From: a virus
Virus record (IMG/VR): IMGVR_UViG_3300025154_000076
Coordinates: 1 to 64,000 of that record
Direction: 5' to 3' (one strand)
DNA length: 64,000 bases
In this document: positions 28,228 to 38,147 of the stretch, piece by piece
Layout of the letters: every line of letters starts with the position of its first letter
Position numbering within the stretch: position 1 is the stretch's first letter
The notes under the pieces: generated by a model
What the model was told of the DNA's origin: nothing
What the model saw: only the letters and a program-made list of their open reading frames with translations
Database searches by the model: none
Made by a program: the position numbers and the translations under genes

Positions 28228-28929
28228 TTACCCTCTCTTTACCCCTCTAAATGAGGTTTTCCACATCATATCATAAAATTCTTCTTCCGAAAATGCGTTT
28301 TCAAAATCCCTTAAATCTTTTGCAGATATAGCATACGTCTGATAATCAGATTGTTTCCTTGTAACTCGCCATACAACGAAATCTTTTATTGCTCTAACCC
28401 CTTGTATTGGAATAACGGATTCAGCCGACATATTAACTCCTGAGCTAATGTATTGTACTAATACCTCGCTTACATCATCTCCATTAATTACAAATCTTCG
28501 ATTAGCTTCATCAACAGTAAAATAATTTGTATTAACCCCTCCTCTTGTGCCTAAATTAGCAGATATATCTTTTTCTATGGTTGTATTCTCCCCCCTGGTT
28601 GTACTTAATGTATCCTGACCCTCTATTGTTCCTTCAGGTATGATAATCTTATTGTCCCTTGTGAAAGTCCATAATCTGCCATTAGAATTGATTCCTATGG
28701 CTAACCATTTAACTAAATCTGTTGGCCATGCAACCGTACCTAATGAATCAGATACATCAATCCATTCTTGCTTGAATTTATTGAAGTGGTATAAATTAAG
28801 TTCTCTCAACCCTCCTACAGCAATTTGTAGATACTTGTTTCTGAATTTCTTATGCTGTGCTGCACCCAATTCATTTATTAAATCGTTTACGACATAACTA
28901 AGATTAACGTATGCTGTGCTGTCTGCCAT
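28228..28929 (-). CDS. Tail ring/adaptor protein
   Basis: A..GLREL.L and P.D.V.W motifs; crAss-like synteny. Confidence 0.6.
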   Translation of the reverse strand: MADSTAYVNLSYVVNDLINELGAAQHKKFRNKYLQIAVGGLRELNLYHFNKFKQEWIDVSDSLGTVAWPTDLVKWLAIGINSNGRLWTFTRDNKIIIPEGTIEGQDTLSTTRGENTTIEKDISANLGTRGGVNTNYFTVDEANRRFVINGDDVSEVLVQYISSGVNMSAESVIPIQGVRAIKDFVVWRVTRKQSDYQTYAISAKDLRDFENAFSEEEFYDMMWKTSFRGVKRG

Positions 28930-28931
28930 GA

Positions 28932-29528
28932 TTATGTTTGATTATCCTGATTATTGTCAATTAAAATGTCCTGTGGTTTACCTTCGAGAAATTCACCTAC
29001 CAATTGAATTAATGTTTGATCCATACCTCCCGGAATATATATTTCATCCGTATCATCATACTCATCAAAAGATACCACCATTACAAGTATTATCCCTGCT
29101 GCCTTATGAGCTGCGCTTAACTCCTCTAATTCTATTTTGGAACCCTTTATTATGTATGTAGTTCCTCTTTCTGTAATACTATCAAAATCAAGTCCGTTCA
29201 ATACAGACCGTTCTGATATAGATACCCTATGATATACATTTTCTGTATCCTGCTTTGGTCTTACATCTCTTATGTGTTCGTTATAAGGGAGCAACACCGA
29301 ACTTGCCGGAAGTAAGAAGTAAACTATGCTTGTATTTGTATCTGTAAGCAAATCGCCTGTTTCAATGAAATATTCTTTAGCACAAGCATCTAATTCATCA
29401 GGATTATCCCTATATGTTTGTTTCAATATTTGATTCCATGCTCTTGAAATATTGGCAGAGATAAGTTCAGGATGATGTTTATTGCCAAACCTTCTGTTTA
29501 ATAGTTCTATTAAAACTTCTTTTGTCAT
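28932..29528 (-). CDS. Tail ring/adaptor protein
   Basis: Size and synteny within the ring-protein cluster. Confidence 0.55.
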   Translation of the reverse strand: MTKEVLIELLNRRFGNKHHPELISANISRAWNQILKQTYRDNPDELDACAKEYFIETGDLLTDTNTSIVYFLLPASSVLLPYNEHIRDVRPKQDTENVYHRVSISERSVLNGLDFDSITERGTTYIIKGSKIELEELSAAHKAAGIILVMVVSFDEYDDTDEIYIPGGMDQTLIQLVGEFLEGKPQDILIDNNQDNQT

Positions 29529-30394
29529 GATTCTTGCAATTTTTGGTTATAGTATGCCAATAATTCTTCTTTGGTAAGGTTAATACCCATCATCCTTAAA
29601 ATCTTATCTGCAATAATTAATTTGTCATCATCTCTCCAACCCATTTCTACCGTTGTTGAATCAACTACAGTTCCAGCACTTTCACCCAATGAACCTTCTT
29701 CTCCTGTAGTTAATAAATGAGAATAACTCTCGTTATATTCCCAATCATCATTAATAGAAGGTGGTGTGGTGATATTGCCATCTGTTTTTGCTGTGTAATA
29801 ATGGGTTCCATATTTTACAACATCTCCGGTATTATATGTTGTGCCGGAAGCCCATGTATCAATATCAGATGGATCGCTAAAATATATCTCCCTGTAATTT
29901 GCATCAATATAATAATCAAGATTAGGAGTTGTATGAGATTTTACATAGCTAAACTTTGCACTACCAATAGTCTTTGGTTCAAAATAAAAATAATCACCAA
30001 CTAATTTAACAATAGGATGTTTTACAGTAGGTTTCTCTATAACAGAAGCCATTCTTCTATTAAACTCTTTGTCTGTTACTAAATAAATTTCTCTATGATA
30101 ATTTACAGAACTTACTGTTTGTGTATAATACACTTGTCCACCATAAACATAATCAGCAGGAATATCAGCAATACCTGTACCTGATGCTATTGCTAATGCA
30201 GTATCAAATACTTTAAGATGTTTAATACTGTTTGTTACTTCAAGGTTAGCTTCGTATTTTTCTCTTAAATCTCTGTAAAATTCAAGATTACCTACCTGTA
30301 ACATAGTATTAAAATCTTCAATAGGTAGAGTAGCACCTGATTGATCTTTGTTACTTATGAACTCAATGTATTTTTTTACTTCTTCGTTAGTCAT
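29525..30394 (-). CDS. Tail ring protein with inserted CBM5/12-like module
   Basis: NKDQSG....DFN motif and the insert WASGTTYNTGDVVKYGTHYYTA...PP....DW. Confidence 0.65.
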   Translation of the reverse strand: MTNEEVKKYIEFISNKDQSGATLPIEDFNTMLQVGNLEFYRDLREKYEANLEVTNSIKHLKVFDTALAIASGTGIADIPADYVYGGQVYYTQTVSSVNYHREIYLVTDKEFNRRMASVIEKPTVKHPIVKLVGDYFYFEPKTIGSAKFSYVKSHTTPNLDYYIDANYREIYFSDPSDIDTWASGTTYNTGDVVKYGTHYYTAKTDGNITTPPSINDDWEYNESYSHLLTTGEEGSLGESAGTVVDSTTVEMGWRDDDKLIIADKILRMMGINLTKEELLAYYNQKLQES

Positions 30395-30409
30395 TATTTT
30401 TTGAACCCC

Positions 30410-30826
30410 TTATTTTTTGTCAAAAATGATTATTGGTCTTAATAACTTAATTAACATTGGTGAAAAATTCAAAGTTACATCCGATGGGTGTTTTAAATTG
30501 TTTAACTCGGAATACTTAATCTTATCTGATTCCTTAATTTCAACCCCCGAAGGACTTTCTCCAAAACTTTCAAACCTTTTTACTCTTTCATCCATTTTTT
30601 CACCCTCTATCTTTTCTTTGGCAAGTTTTGTGTGTGCCTTGATAACAGGCTCAATAGCATCAGAAATACGCATTAGCTTTAAGGTAATGCTGCCATCCTT
30701 TGACTGGTCAAAATACTGCATTAGTCCGGTTAATGATACCCCACCATCACCTCTTGGTTGTGTTCCTAAAAATCCTGTGTTAAGTTCAAAGATTTCATTG
30801 TTTGTTAATGTTTCTTTTTCTTTCAT
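30410..30826 (-). CDS. Hypothetical protein
   Basis: ORF track. Confidence 0.6.
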   Translation of the reverse strand: MKEKETLTNNEIFELNTGFLGTQPRGDGGVSLTGLMQYFDQSKDGSITLKLMRISDAIEPVIKAHTKLAKEKIEGEKMDERVKRFESFGESPSGVEIKESDKIKYSELNNLKHPSDVTLNFSPMLIKLLRPIIIFDKK

Positions 30827-30938
30827 TGTTTGTTTGTGTTTTATGTGTGTTATTTAATAAGTTAAAGATAGTGAATTTTCAACTATTTTTTGCTTAACTC
30901 TATTTTCAACCCTTGTACTTCCTTTTCTAATTATAGTA

Positions 30939-31862
30939 TTAATTAATTTTTATAACGTAGTAATTAATAGTAGCCCCTTCGTCAACAGACACATAAAAGT
31001 CAGAATCAAATTCTCCAATACCATTAAACATATAATCCGAATTTGCATAATATTCTTCAAAACCGGTTGCTGTTACTTTCATAACTTTATTAGGATTTGA
31101 AGGATTACTATATGTATTATCATATAGCATAATAAATAAATCAGACCCAAAAAATAACATATCTGAAATATCAAATCTTTGATCTGTGCCTGTAGCGTAA
31201 GTAACCCATGAACTACCAGATGTCCATCTATATACTACAGGATAATCTGAATCAGCAAATGAATGTCCGTAATAAATATACGTACCATCACTTGCCACTT
31301 GCCTTGAATTATTACCATCATTAACTATTTGAGTTGTATATGAATCAACACCGTTCCACTTAAATAATCCTCCATCATGTACACAATATAAGTATCCGTC
31401 ATGTACTACCAATTTAGCAATACTTCCGCTTCCTATGCTTGAAGATACTGATGTTAAGGTATCTACGCCATTCCACTGATAGAGAGTACCATCTTTTAAA
31501 CAAGTATAAAGACTTCCATCAAATAAAACTAAGCATTGTCCAGGGCCTGATGCTATAGTCCCCACCGTTTCCCATGCGTTAACATCATTCCATTTACATA
31601 AACATGTAGCTGAATTAGATGATATTATTGCATATAATCCCCCAAAAGCTGGTAATAACCCATTATTAAGTACCCTATATGTAGTTCCTATACTGGAAGT
31701 TTTAGCTACCCAACTATTTCCATTTAATTCATATAATATTCCATTATCTCCTGAACAATAAAACTTACTATTATATTCTGCAAATGATGTAATATATCTA
31801 TCTATTGATTCCGATATCCAATATGATTTTTGTCCATAATATGTATATAAATATCCAAGCAT
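30939..31862 (-). CDS. Beta-propeller-like tail-associated protein
   Basis: Repeated LY.WNG(V)D/N blades; downstream of the tail fibre. Confidence 0.55.
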   Translation of the reverse strand: MLGYLYTYYGQKSYWISESIDRYITSFAEYNSKFYCSGDNGILYELNGNSWVAKTSSIGTTYRVLNNGLLPAFGGLYAIISSNSATCLCKWNDVNAWETVGTIASGPGQCLVLFDGSLYTCLKDGTLYQWNGVDTLTSVSSSIGSGSIAKLVVHDGYLYCVHDGGLFKWNGVDSYTTQIVNDGNNSRQVASDGTYIYYGHSFADSDYPVVYRWTSGSSWVTYATGTDQRFDISDMLFFGSDLFIMLYDNTYSNPSNPNKVMKVTATGFEEYYANSDYMFNGIGEFDSDFYVSVDEGATINYYVIKIN

Positions 31863-31865
31863 AAT

Positions 31866-34800
31866 CTAAGAATGTGAGCCTAAAGCACAATGTAATTTAC
31901 CATCATACATAATACCTGTTACAATATTAATAGAATTATATGATGTTAAAATTGTTTCATTAGAACCGTTAATAAAATTAAATTCATCTGCACTAAAAAT
32001 AACTGTATAAGAAGCTGCTGCTGCCTGTTTAATTATAATAGTACAAGCTGTTCCATTTTGCACATTGGTAAATACCCAATCAGTTATATTTTCTGTTAAT
32101 TGTAAAAACTGAACTTGTCCATTGTTCCAGTTTACTGAAACTATACCTGATGAACTACCAATACTTGAACTATATGGTGTAATTATTTGACCTCCTGTTA
32201 CGGTAAGATTTCCTGTAAAGGTATCTGTGGCATTGAGAAGATAAACCCCTGAATGTGTATGGTCGCCATAAGCTGCTGTGGTGTGGTCTGTACCAAAACC
32301 CGGGAAACCATCTTTATCAGAATTGGCTTCAATAGCTGCTATATGTGCTGCTGTGGCATATCCTGTTTGAGCATTTGTAGCTGCCCTGAAACTTATCTCT
32401 TGTGTACTTAAGCTTAAACCCCCTGTTGTGGCACTTGCATTAAGGGTTACTGCATTATGTATAGCTGCATAGGCTGCATTCCATTGGGTAGATGTTCCTG
32501 ATGTGGCTGTTATAACTCCGTTGACATCTAAAGATGTTACTGTTAAAGTAGAATCTACTGTTAAATTAGTAAATTGTCCATTACTCCAAGTTAACGCAGC
32601 ACTACCTACTACTCCTGTATTATCTGTTGTTGGATACAAATTATTAACTGTTAGATTATTCAATACTTTTACTGCTCCTGTAAAATAACTGTCAGCAGTT
32701 GAAGCGGAATATATCGCATAAGAGTTAGTAGTACCATAATCGAATCCAGTATCTATGTAAATACCATATAAATTAGTTACTGGTCCAGTTCCATCATTAT
32801 TAATCCTTAATCCATAAGCGGTAGTTATCGTAGCAACATTATTAGTTTGTACCAGTGCATTTATAGCAGCCATTTCATTAATAGTCTGAGAAGCATTTGT
32901 ACCTGTATGGCTTACACTAAAATCTCCTCCATACATAAGTACACTAACAGAATTAGTTCCTGACCCTTCTAAATTACAATACCCACCTATTCCGAAAACA
33001 GAAGCAACATCTCCAGAAGAACCATCTAAAGTAATATAACCGTATATATTTCTTGCTTGAGAAGTTTGGTGTGATATATTTAAGTCTGAACGTAATCCAG
33101 TATGCACATATGCACCAGCAATACTTGTATTTAGACTAAGATACATTAAATCATTACCTGTACCTGATGCTAGGTCTTTTACATAAAGAGTACTATTACT
33201 GTAATAAAATTCAGAGGTGGCGGTTAAAAGATTGATATCCCCCCACAAAGCTACTCTAGTACTAGCACCACTACCAGTAGTATAAACCCCTGAATGTGTA
33301 TGGTCGCCATAAGCTGCCGTGGTGTGGTCTGTACCAAAACCCGGGAAACCATCTTTATCAGAATTGGCTTCAATAGCTGCTATATGTGCTGCTGTGGCAT
33401 ATCCTGTTTGAGCATTTGTAGCTGCCCTGAAACTTATCTCTTGTGTACTTAAGCTTAAACCCCCTGTTGTGGCACTTGCATTAAGGGTTACTGCATTATG
33501 TATAGCTGCATAGGCTGCATTCCATTCAGTTTGTTTAGCTGTTGTAGGGATTGCATACCCTGCTGTAAATGTAACCGCTAAAGTACCTGATGAAGTAATA
33601 GGGTTTCCCGCTACCGTTAAACCAGTAGGTACACTCATATCAACACTTGTTACCGTACCTAAAGTTGTTGAATAGCCATAACTTACTATTTGGTTATCAA
33701 TGGCTGCCGAAGTCATTAATGAAGTGTCGTCATCAACAAAAGTTGTATTTACTGATAATATGCCCGAACTACCAGTTATAATTGAATATGTTCCTGCACC
33801 ATCGGTTTTCATCAATCCTGCTGTTGCAAAATCACCATCCACCAATACATCAGCATGAGAAGTTTCATAGGTGTCAACCCCTGATTCAAAGTCTGAAACA
33901 TCAGCATGAGTTATGGCTGCCCAAGCAGGGTTATTGCTTGTACCTGAATTTTTTAGATAATAGTTTGTTCCTGTTGACTTTGCTAACCTTGTAGGTGTAT
34001 TTGCTGCACTCGCATAAATTATATCTCCCTGAGTAGTTAAAACACTTTGTAAACTTGCTCCCCAACCTAGTGCTGTAGCTACACTATTCATAATTAACCC
34101 TTGATATGATGTACCTTTAGCAAGCCTTGTAGGTGTATTTGCTGCACTCGCATAAATTATATCTCCCTGAGTAGTTAAAACACTTTGTAAACTTGCTCCC
34201 CAACCTAGTGCTGTAGCTACACTATTCATAATTAACCCTTGATATGATGTACCTTTAGCAAGCCTTGTAGGTGTATTTGCTGCACTCGCATAAATTATAT
34301 CTCCCTGAGTAGTTAAAACACTTTGTAAACTTGCTCCCCAACCTAGTGCTGTAGCTACACTATTCATAATTAACCCTTGATATGATGTACCTTTAGCAAG
34401 CCTTGTAGGTGTATTTGCTGCACTCGCATAAATTATATCTCCCTGAGTAGTTAAAACACTTTGTAAACTTGCTCCCCAACCTAGTGCTGTAGCTACACTA
34501 TTCATAATTAACCCTTGATATCCTGTACCTTTAGCAAGCCTTGTCCATGTATCTGTACCATTGGCATAAATAATATCTCCTGCTACTCCTGATATGGCTG
34601 CAAGCGAAGTTAAGGTTGCGTCTAAGGGTTGAGCATAATCAACTATTGCTCCCGAAGTAGAGATATTAGTATCGGAATCCGTTACACTTGTTTCTATGTT
34701 ATTTACCGTTGCCCCTGATGCTAAACTTATTCCTCCATCAATATTTACATTTGTTCCATCCCAAAGTAATTTAGCACTTGTTTCTGCTCTTACATCAGTA

Positions 34801-35708
34801 GAATCCCAGAAAAGTAATGCTGTATTAACAGGTGTATCTTCTCTTGTGGCTACCAATTGTAAATTAGCTATTGAAGGTGATGTTTCATCTGTTGCTTGTC
34901 CAATAGCGAACCCATCTCTTACCTCATCAAATACAAATAAATAATCATCTGATGTACCTCTGTCAACCCTTATACCTGCTGTTCCTGCTGTTACCCCTGC
35001 TCCTGTTTCGCCATAATTCAACATCATGACATTATCTTCTACTAATACAGTTTCTACATTTTGAGTTACGGTAGTGCCATTAATAGTTAAATCACCACCA
35101 ATAACTACATTTTGCACCCATGTAAGGGTATCTTCTGCCTCATTTAACTCCCAATAGTTTACATTTCCTAAATTTATACCCATTAATACTGATGTACCTC
35201 CATTCCATCCTGATATTGGGTCATCTTCTGTGTAATAAAGGGTTTCATCAAATGTTATTCTTGTAATATTATTTAATAGGTTTGCATCATTATCAAGTAG
35301 TGAAACCCCTCTATTTGTCCATTGTACATATTTTTCAGCACTATTTACATTATCCCTTGCCTTTTCACTTAGCCTGTATAAATATACAGGGGAAATAATG
35401 GGTGCATCATCATAGGATTCATATACATACGCTATTCTATCTTCATAAGGTGCTGTTGATATTGTATGTTCATGTATATCATAAACCCTTACTTCATTTG
35501 TTGTTGCATTTATTATTTCTTTTATCTCATAAATATTTCCTACATAATCAACAATATATCCACCAACAGATAATGTATCAACCCCCATATTTTCAGGTTC
35601 ACCAAGTTCTTTTGGCATAACCTTACAAACATAATTATATGCTGTTGCATGAGTAGCAACATCCCTGATTATTGTAGTCCATGAAACGGAAGGTCTATAA
35701 CTTGACAT
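31866..35708 (-). CDS. Tail fibre protein with internal repeats
   Basis: 1280 aa, Thr/Ala/Gly-rich; GDLTINGTTVT.N...V.VEDN motif; 46-aa and ~81-aa repeats. Confidence 0.8.
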   Translation of the reverse strand: MSSYRPSVSWTTIIRDVATHATAYNYVCKVMPKELGEPENMGVDTLSVGGYIVDYVGNIYEIKEIINATTNEVRVYDIHEHTISTAPYEDRIAYVYESYDDAPIISPVYLYRLSEKARDNVNSAEKYVQWTNRGVSLLDNDANLLNNITRITFDETLYYTEDDPISGWNGGTSVLMGINLGNVNYWELNEAEDTLTWVQNVVIGGDLTINGTTVTQNVETVLVEDNVMMLNYGETGAGVTAGTAGIRVDRGTSDDYLFVFDEVRDGFAIGQATDETSPSIANLQLVATREDTPVNTALLFWDSTDVRAETSAKLLWDGTNVNIDGGISLASGATVNNIETSVTDSDTNISTSGAIVDYAQPLDATLTSLAAISGVAGDIIYANGTDTWTRLAKGTGYQGLIMNSVATALGWGASLQSVLTTQGDIIYASAANTPTRLAKGTSYQGLIMNSVATALGWGASLQSVLTTQGDIIYASAANTPTRLAKGTSYQGLIMNSVATALGWGASLQSVLTTQGDIIYASAANTPTRLAKGTSYQGLIMNSVATALGWGASLQSVLTTQGDIIYASAANTPTRLAKSTGTNYYLKNSGTSNNPAWAAITHADVSDFESGVDTYETSHADVLVDGDFATAGLMKTDGAGTYSIITGSSGILSVNTTFVDDDTSLMTSAAIDNQIVSYGYSTTLGTVTSVDMSVPTGLTVAGNPITSSGTLAVTFTAGYAIPTTAKQTEWNAAYAAIHNAVTLNASATTGGLSLSTQEISFRAATNAQTGYATAAHIAAIEANSDKDGFPGFGTDHTTAAYGDHTHSGVYTTGSGASTRVALWGDINLLTATSEFYYSNSTLYVKDLASGTGNDLMYLSLNTSIAGAYVHTGLRSDLNISHQTSQARNIYGYITLDGSSGDVASVFGIGGYCNLEGSGTNSVSVLMYGGDFSVSHTGTNASQTINEMAAINALVQTNNVATITTAYGLRINNDGTGPVTNLYGIYIDTGFDYGTTNSYAIYSASTADSYFTGAVKVLNNLTVNNLYPTTDNTGVVGSAALTWSNGQFTNLTVDSTLTVTSLDVNGVITATSGTSTQWNAAYAAIHNAVTLNASATTGGLSLSTQEISFRAATNAQTGYATAAHIAAIEANSDKDGFPGFGTDHTTAAYGDHTHSGVYLLNATDTFTGNLTVTGGQIITPYSSSIGSSSGIVSVNWNNGQVQFLQLTENITDWVFTNVQNGTACTIIIKQAAAASYTVIFSADEFNFINGSNETILTSYNSINIVTGIMYDGKLHCALGSHS
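32241..33526. repeat. 245-bp direct repeat pair (32241-32485 and 33282-33526)
   Basis: Read directly; one mismatch seen; offset 1041 bp (in frame). Confidence 0.9.
33987..34538. repeat. Four 138-bp tandem repeats (46 aa each)
   Basis: Units start at 33987, 34125, 34263 and 34401 and are near-identical. Confidence 0.95.
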
Positions 35709-35720
35709 ATCTTATAAAAT

Positions 35721-38057
35721 TTACGCTGATGTTGTTGTTGTTGTCGTTGTACTTGTAGTGGTGGTTGTAGTAGTGGTTGTAGTTACCTCGGTATAAAGGC
35801 CTGAAAATGTCATTACTATTTCCAAGGCATACACATCTGTACATAATGCTGTTAATTCAATAGCATTCAAATCACTTGAATCATACCATGTAGAATATGC
35901 TTGTGTACCTTTTAATGCCTGATACACATTTCCATTACCAAAATTACCATAAGCCTTAACTACCACACTTGCACAATGCTTTCCTAAATCATGCTGAATA
36001 GTTAAATCTGTGGCATTGGAACCCAATCCAAAGCCATAATTAATGGTTGCTGAATCATCTACTGTCCAACCATATTCCTGTGTAAATGATCGGGTAACAA
36101 CAGAACCACTTCCGGCTGTTGCCGAAACAACATAAACAGTTGAATTTGCACCTATGGAGCTACTTATCTTACTTGCACTCCATAATTCCGTTGCACTTGT
36201 TCCACTATCATTAATAATTCTGTGTTGCGCAACGCTATAATTATCTAAACTGTCATGGTCTATTTCAGCCTCAACTACAGATACTACGCTTGTAGTTATA
36301 TCAATCCCATTACCTTCTGTTAAAGCATCTAATTTAGCATCAAAGGTTTGAAAATCAGTAGAGGTTAAATATCCTGATTGGGTTGCTGATGCTTCTTGTG
36401 TAACAATAGTATGTTGTGCTGCTGTTAAATGATAATATTCACTTGTAGTTCCACCCTGCAAATTATCTAAATTTCCATGTACTATATCAGCCTCTATCTG
36501 TGCTGTTAACACAATATTTGCTATACTTTCAATCCCTGTTGCTGTGAACCTGGCAATCTCTCCTGATGTTCCACCACTTGCATCATTTACCAATAGAGCA
36601 TTTGTATTGGCAATACCAAAAGTCAATGAATCTTGTTTGCCATCCAATTGATCTTGTATAAGAGAAGTAACTCCATCACAATAATTCAATTCAGCATAAG
36701 AAGCTGTTAGATTATTTATAAAAGTATATGCTGTATTCCAATTTGTTTCCTCTGTAGTAGTGGGTATAACATATCCTGATGTTAAACTAAATTCTCCTGT
36801 TCCATCATTATAAGTAAGTCCTAATGCTGTTGATTCCAGACTTATCAGTTTAATATAATCAGTTAATGCTGTTGCCACATAAGAAACAACATAGGCCTTA
36901 TCTACTAAACTTCTGTCGGTATATGTTCCAGACAAATCACTTCCATAATTTACAATTGCACTAAATGTTCCCCCTAATGCAGCAGAAACATAATCAGAAA
37001 GACTTCCTACAACACTCAATACCCCTGAATTATTTTCAATAGTAGTACCATCAACCAAATCAGCTAAATAGCTTGCTGTGCCGGCTGATGTCATTTTTAC
37101 CTTTTCGTCTGTATTGGTGAAAGAAAATTGATTTTCAAATGGCACAATTTCCTCCACCTCAGGATCATCTCCTTCTAATATGGCATAAACTCTTAATGCT
37201 GAATCATAAGCATCTGCTAATTCCTGATAGTCCAGACTTAATATGTAATGAATTAATGATGTGCTTAGTTTCATTATGTTTTCTTCCAGTTCTAACACAT
37301 TATACCCACTAACCCCTTTTTGTGTATAATATGTAGTTGTATAGGCATACAATAAATCCCTGAGAGCATCCATGTCTATATTATATGCTGTATCGGTGTC
37401 TGTTAATGTTTCAACAGAATATATTTGCAACCCATCTGCCATAGTATATAATATGGTGGAGGTAAGTTCTGCTTCGTATTCACCGGAATAAATATTAGCT
37501 GCATAAGATACAGTAGGGTTTGAACCCATACTTGTTACTGTATTGCTCCCTTCTGCCATTCCTGACCCTGTAGGTGGTGTTATAGTTAGAACCCTTGATA
37601 TTGTGGTTGCATAAGCAGATGAAGCATAAGTAGTACTTTCAATACATGAAAAAGTGGAATTATATCCATCAATGGTAAACGTTACCGCAAGAGTGGGTTC
37701 AGTAAAACTATAAGTATAAGAAACTGATTTTGTATATGTCTGAATAGCATTTACTCCATCTATTACTTGTACTGTATATTCAAAGGTATATGTTCCTGCT
37801 ACTACATAAACTCCATCCAAGGGTAAAACAAAGTCTTTATACATTGTTCCACTTGACCCTACTATATCTGATGAAGCTCCATAACTTGTATTATTATACA
37901 TCACCACACTGTTTGCAGCAGTAAGTTTTATATTGCCATATACATAACTTACATTTATCCCTTCACCTGAATAATCTGTGTTATCCGTAAATCTTACATA
38001 TTTTGCTGCTACATTAAGATAAAATCTTGGTGTAAAGCTTAAATCAGAATTTTCCAT
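35721..38057 (-). CDS. Tail fibre/structural protein with C-terminal poly-Thr tail
   Basis: HGNLDNLQGG...YYHLT and ATQSGYLTSTD fibre motifs; ends TTTTTTTTTTSTTTTTTTSA. Confidence 0.7.
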   Translation of the reverse strand: MENSDLSFTPRFYLNVAAKYVRFTDNTDYSGEGINVSYVYGNIKLTAANSVVMYNNTSYGASSDIVGSSGTMYKDFVLPLDGVYVVAGTYTFEYTVQVIDGVNAIQTYTKSVSYTYSFTEPTLAVTFTIDGYNSTFSCIESTTYASSAYATTISRVLTITPPTGSGMAEGSNTVTSMGSNPTVSYAANIYSGEYEAELTSTILYTMADGLQIYSVETLTDTDTAYNIDMDALRDLLYAYTTTYYTQKGVSGYNVLELEENIMKLSTSLIHYILSLDYQELADAYDSALRVYAILEGDDPEVEEIVPFENQFSFTNTDEKVKMTSAGTASYLADLVDGTTIENNSGVLSVVGSLSDYVSAALGGTFSAIVNYGSDLSGTYTDRSLVDKAYVVSYVATALTDYIKLISLESTALGLTYNDGTGEFSLTSGYVIPTTTEETNWNTAYTFINNLTASYAELNYCDGVTSLIQDQLDGKQDSLTFGIANTNALLVNDASGGTSGEIARFTATGIESIANIVLTAQIEADIVHGNLDNLQGGTTSEYYHLTAAQHTIVTQEASATQSGYLTSTDFQTFDAKLDALTEGNGIDITTSVVSVVEAEIDHDSLDNYSVAQHRIINDSGTSATELWSASKISSSIGANSTVYVVSATAGSGSVVTRSFTQEYGWTVDDSATINYGFGLGSNATDLTIQHDLGKHCASVVVKAYGNFGNGNVYQALKGTQAYSTWYDSSDLNAIELTALCTDVYALEIVMTFSGLYTEVTTTTTTTTTTSTTTTTTTSA

Positions 38058-38069
38058 TTGTTTTTATTT

Positions 38070-38077
38070 CAAATTTA
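38070..38077 (-). promoter_or_regulatory. Bacteroidota -7 promoter element TAAATTTG
   Basis: Matches TAnnTTTG; shares GTTAAATTTGAAATAAAAAC with the portal upstream region. Confidence 0.6.
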
Positions 38078-38091
38078 ACGAAAATAAATGA

Positions 38092-38121
38092 AAAAAGGCT
38101 ATGCTCGTAAGCACAGCCTTT
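38092..38121 (-). terminator. Rho-independent terminator
   Basis: aaaggct...agccttt hairpin followed by a T-run on the minus strand. Confidence 0.6.
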
Positions 38122-38147
38122 CCAGAGTGGATGAATAGAAAAAAGGG

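Noticed and set aside
32241-33526. Possible DGR template/variable repeat pair
   Set aside because: Only one mismatch was seen, both copies are coding within the same gene, and there is no reverse transcriptase in the window.
33987-34538. Possible CRISPR array
   Set aside because: The repeats are contiguous 138-bp in-frame coding units with no unique spacers.
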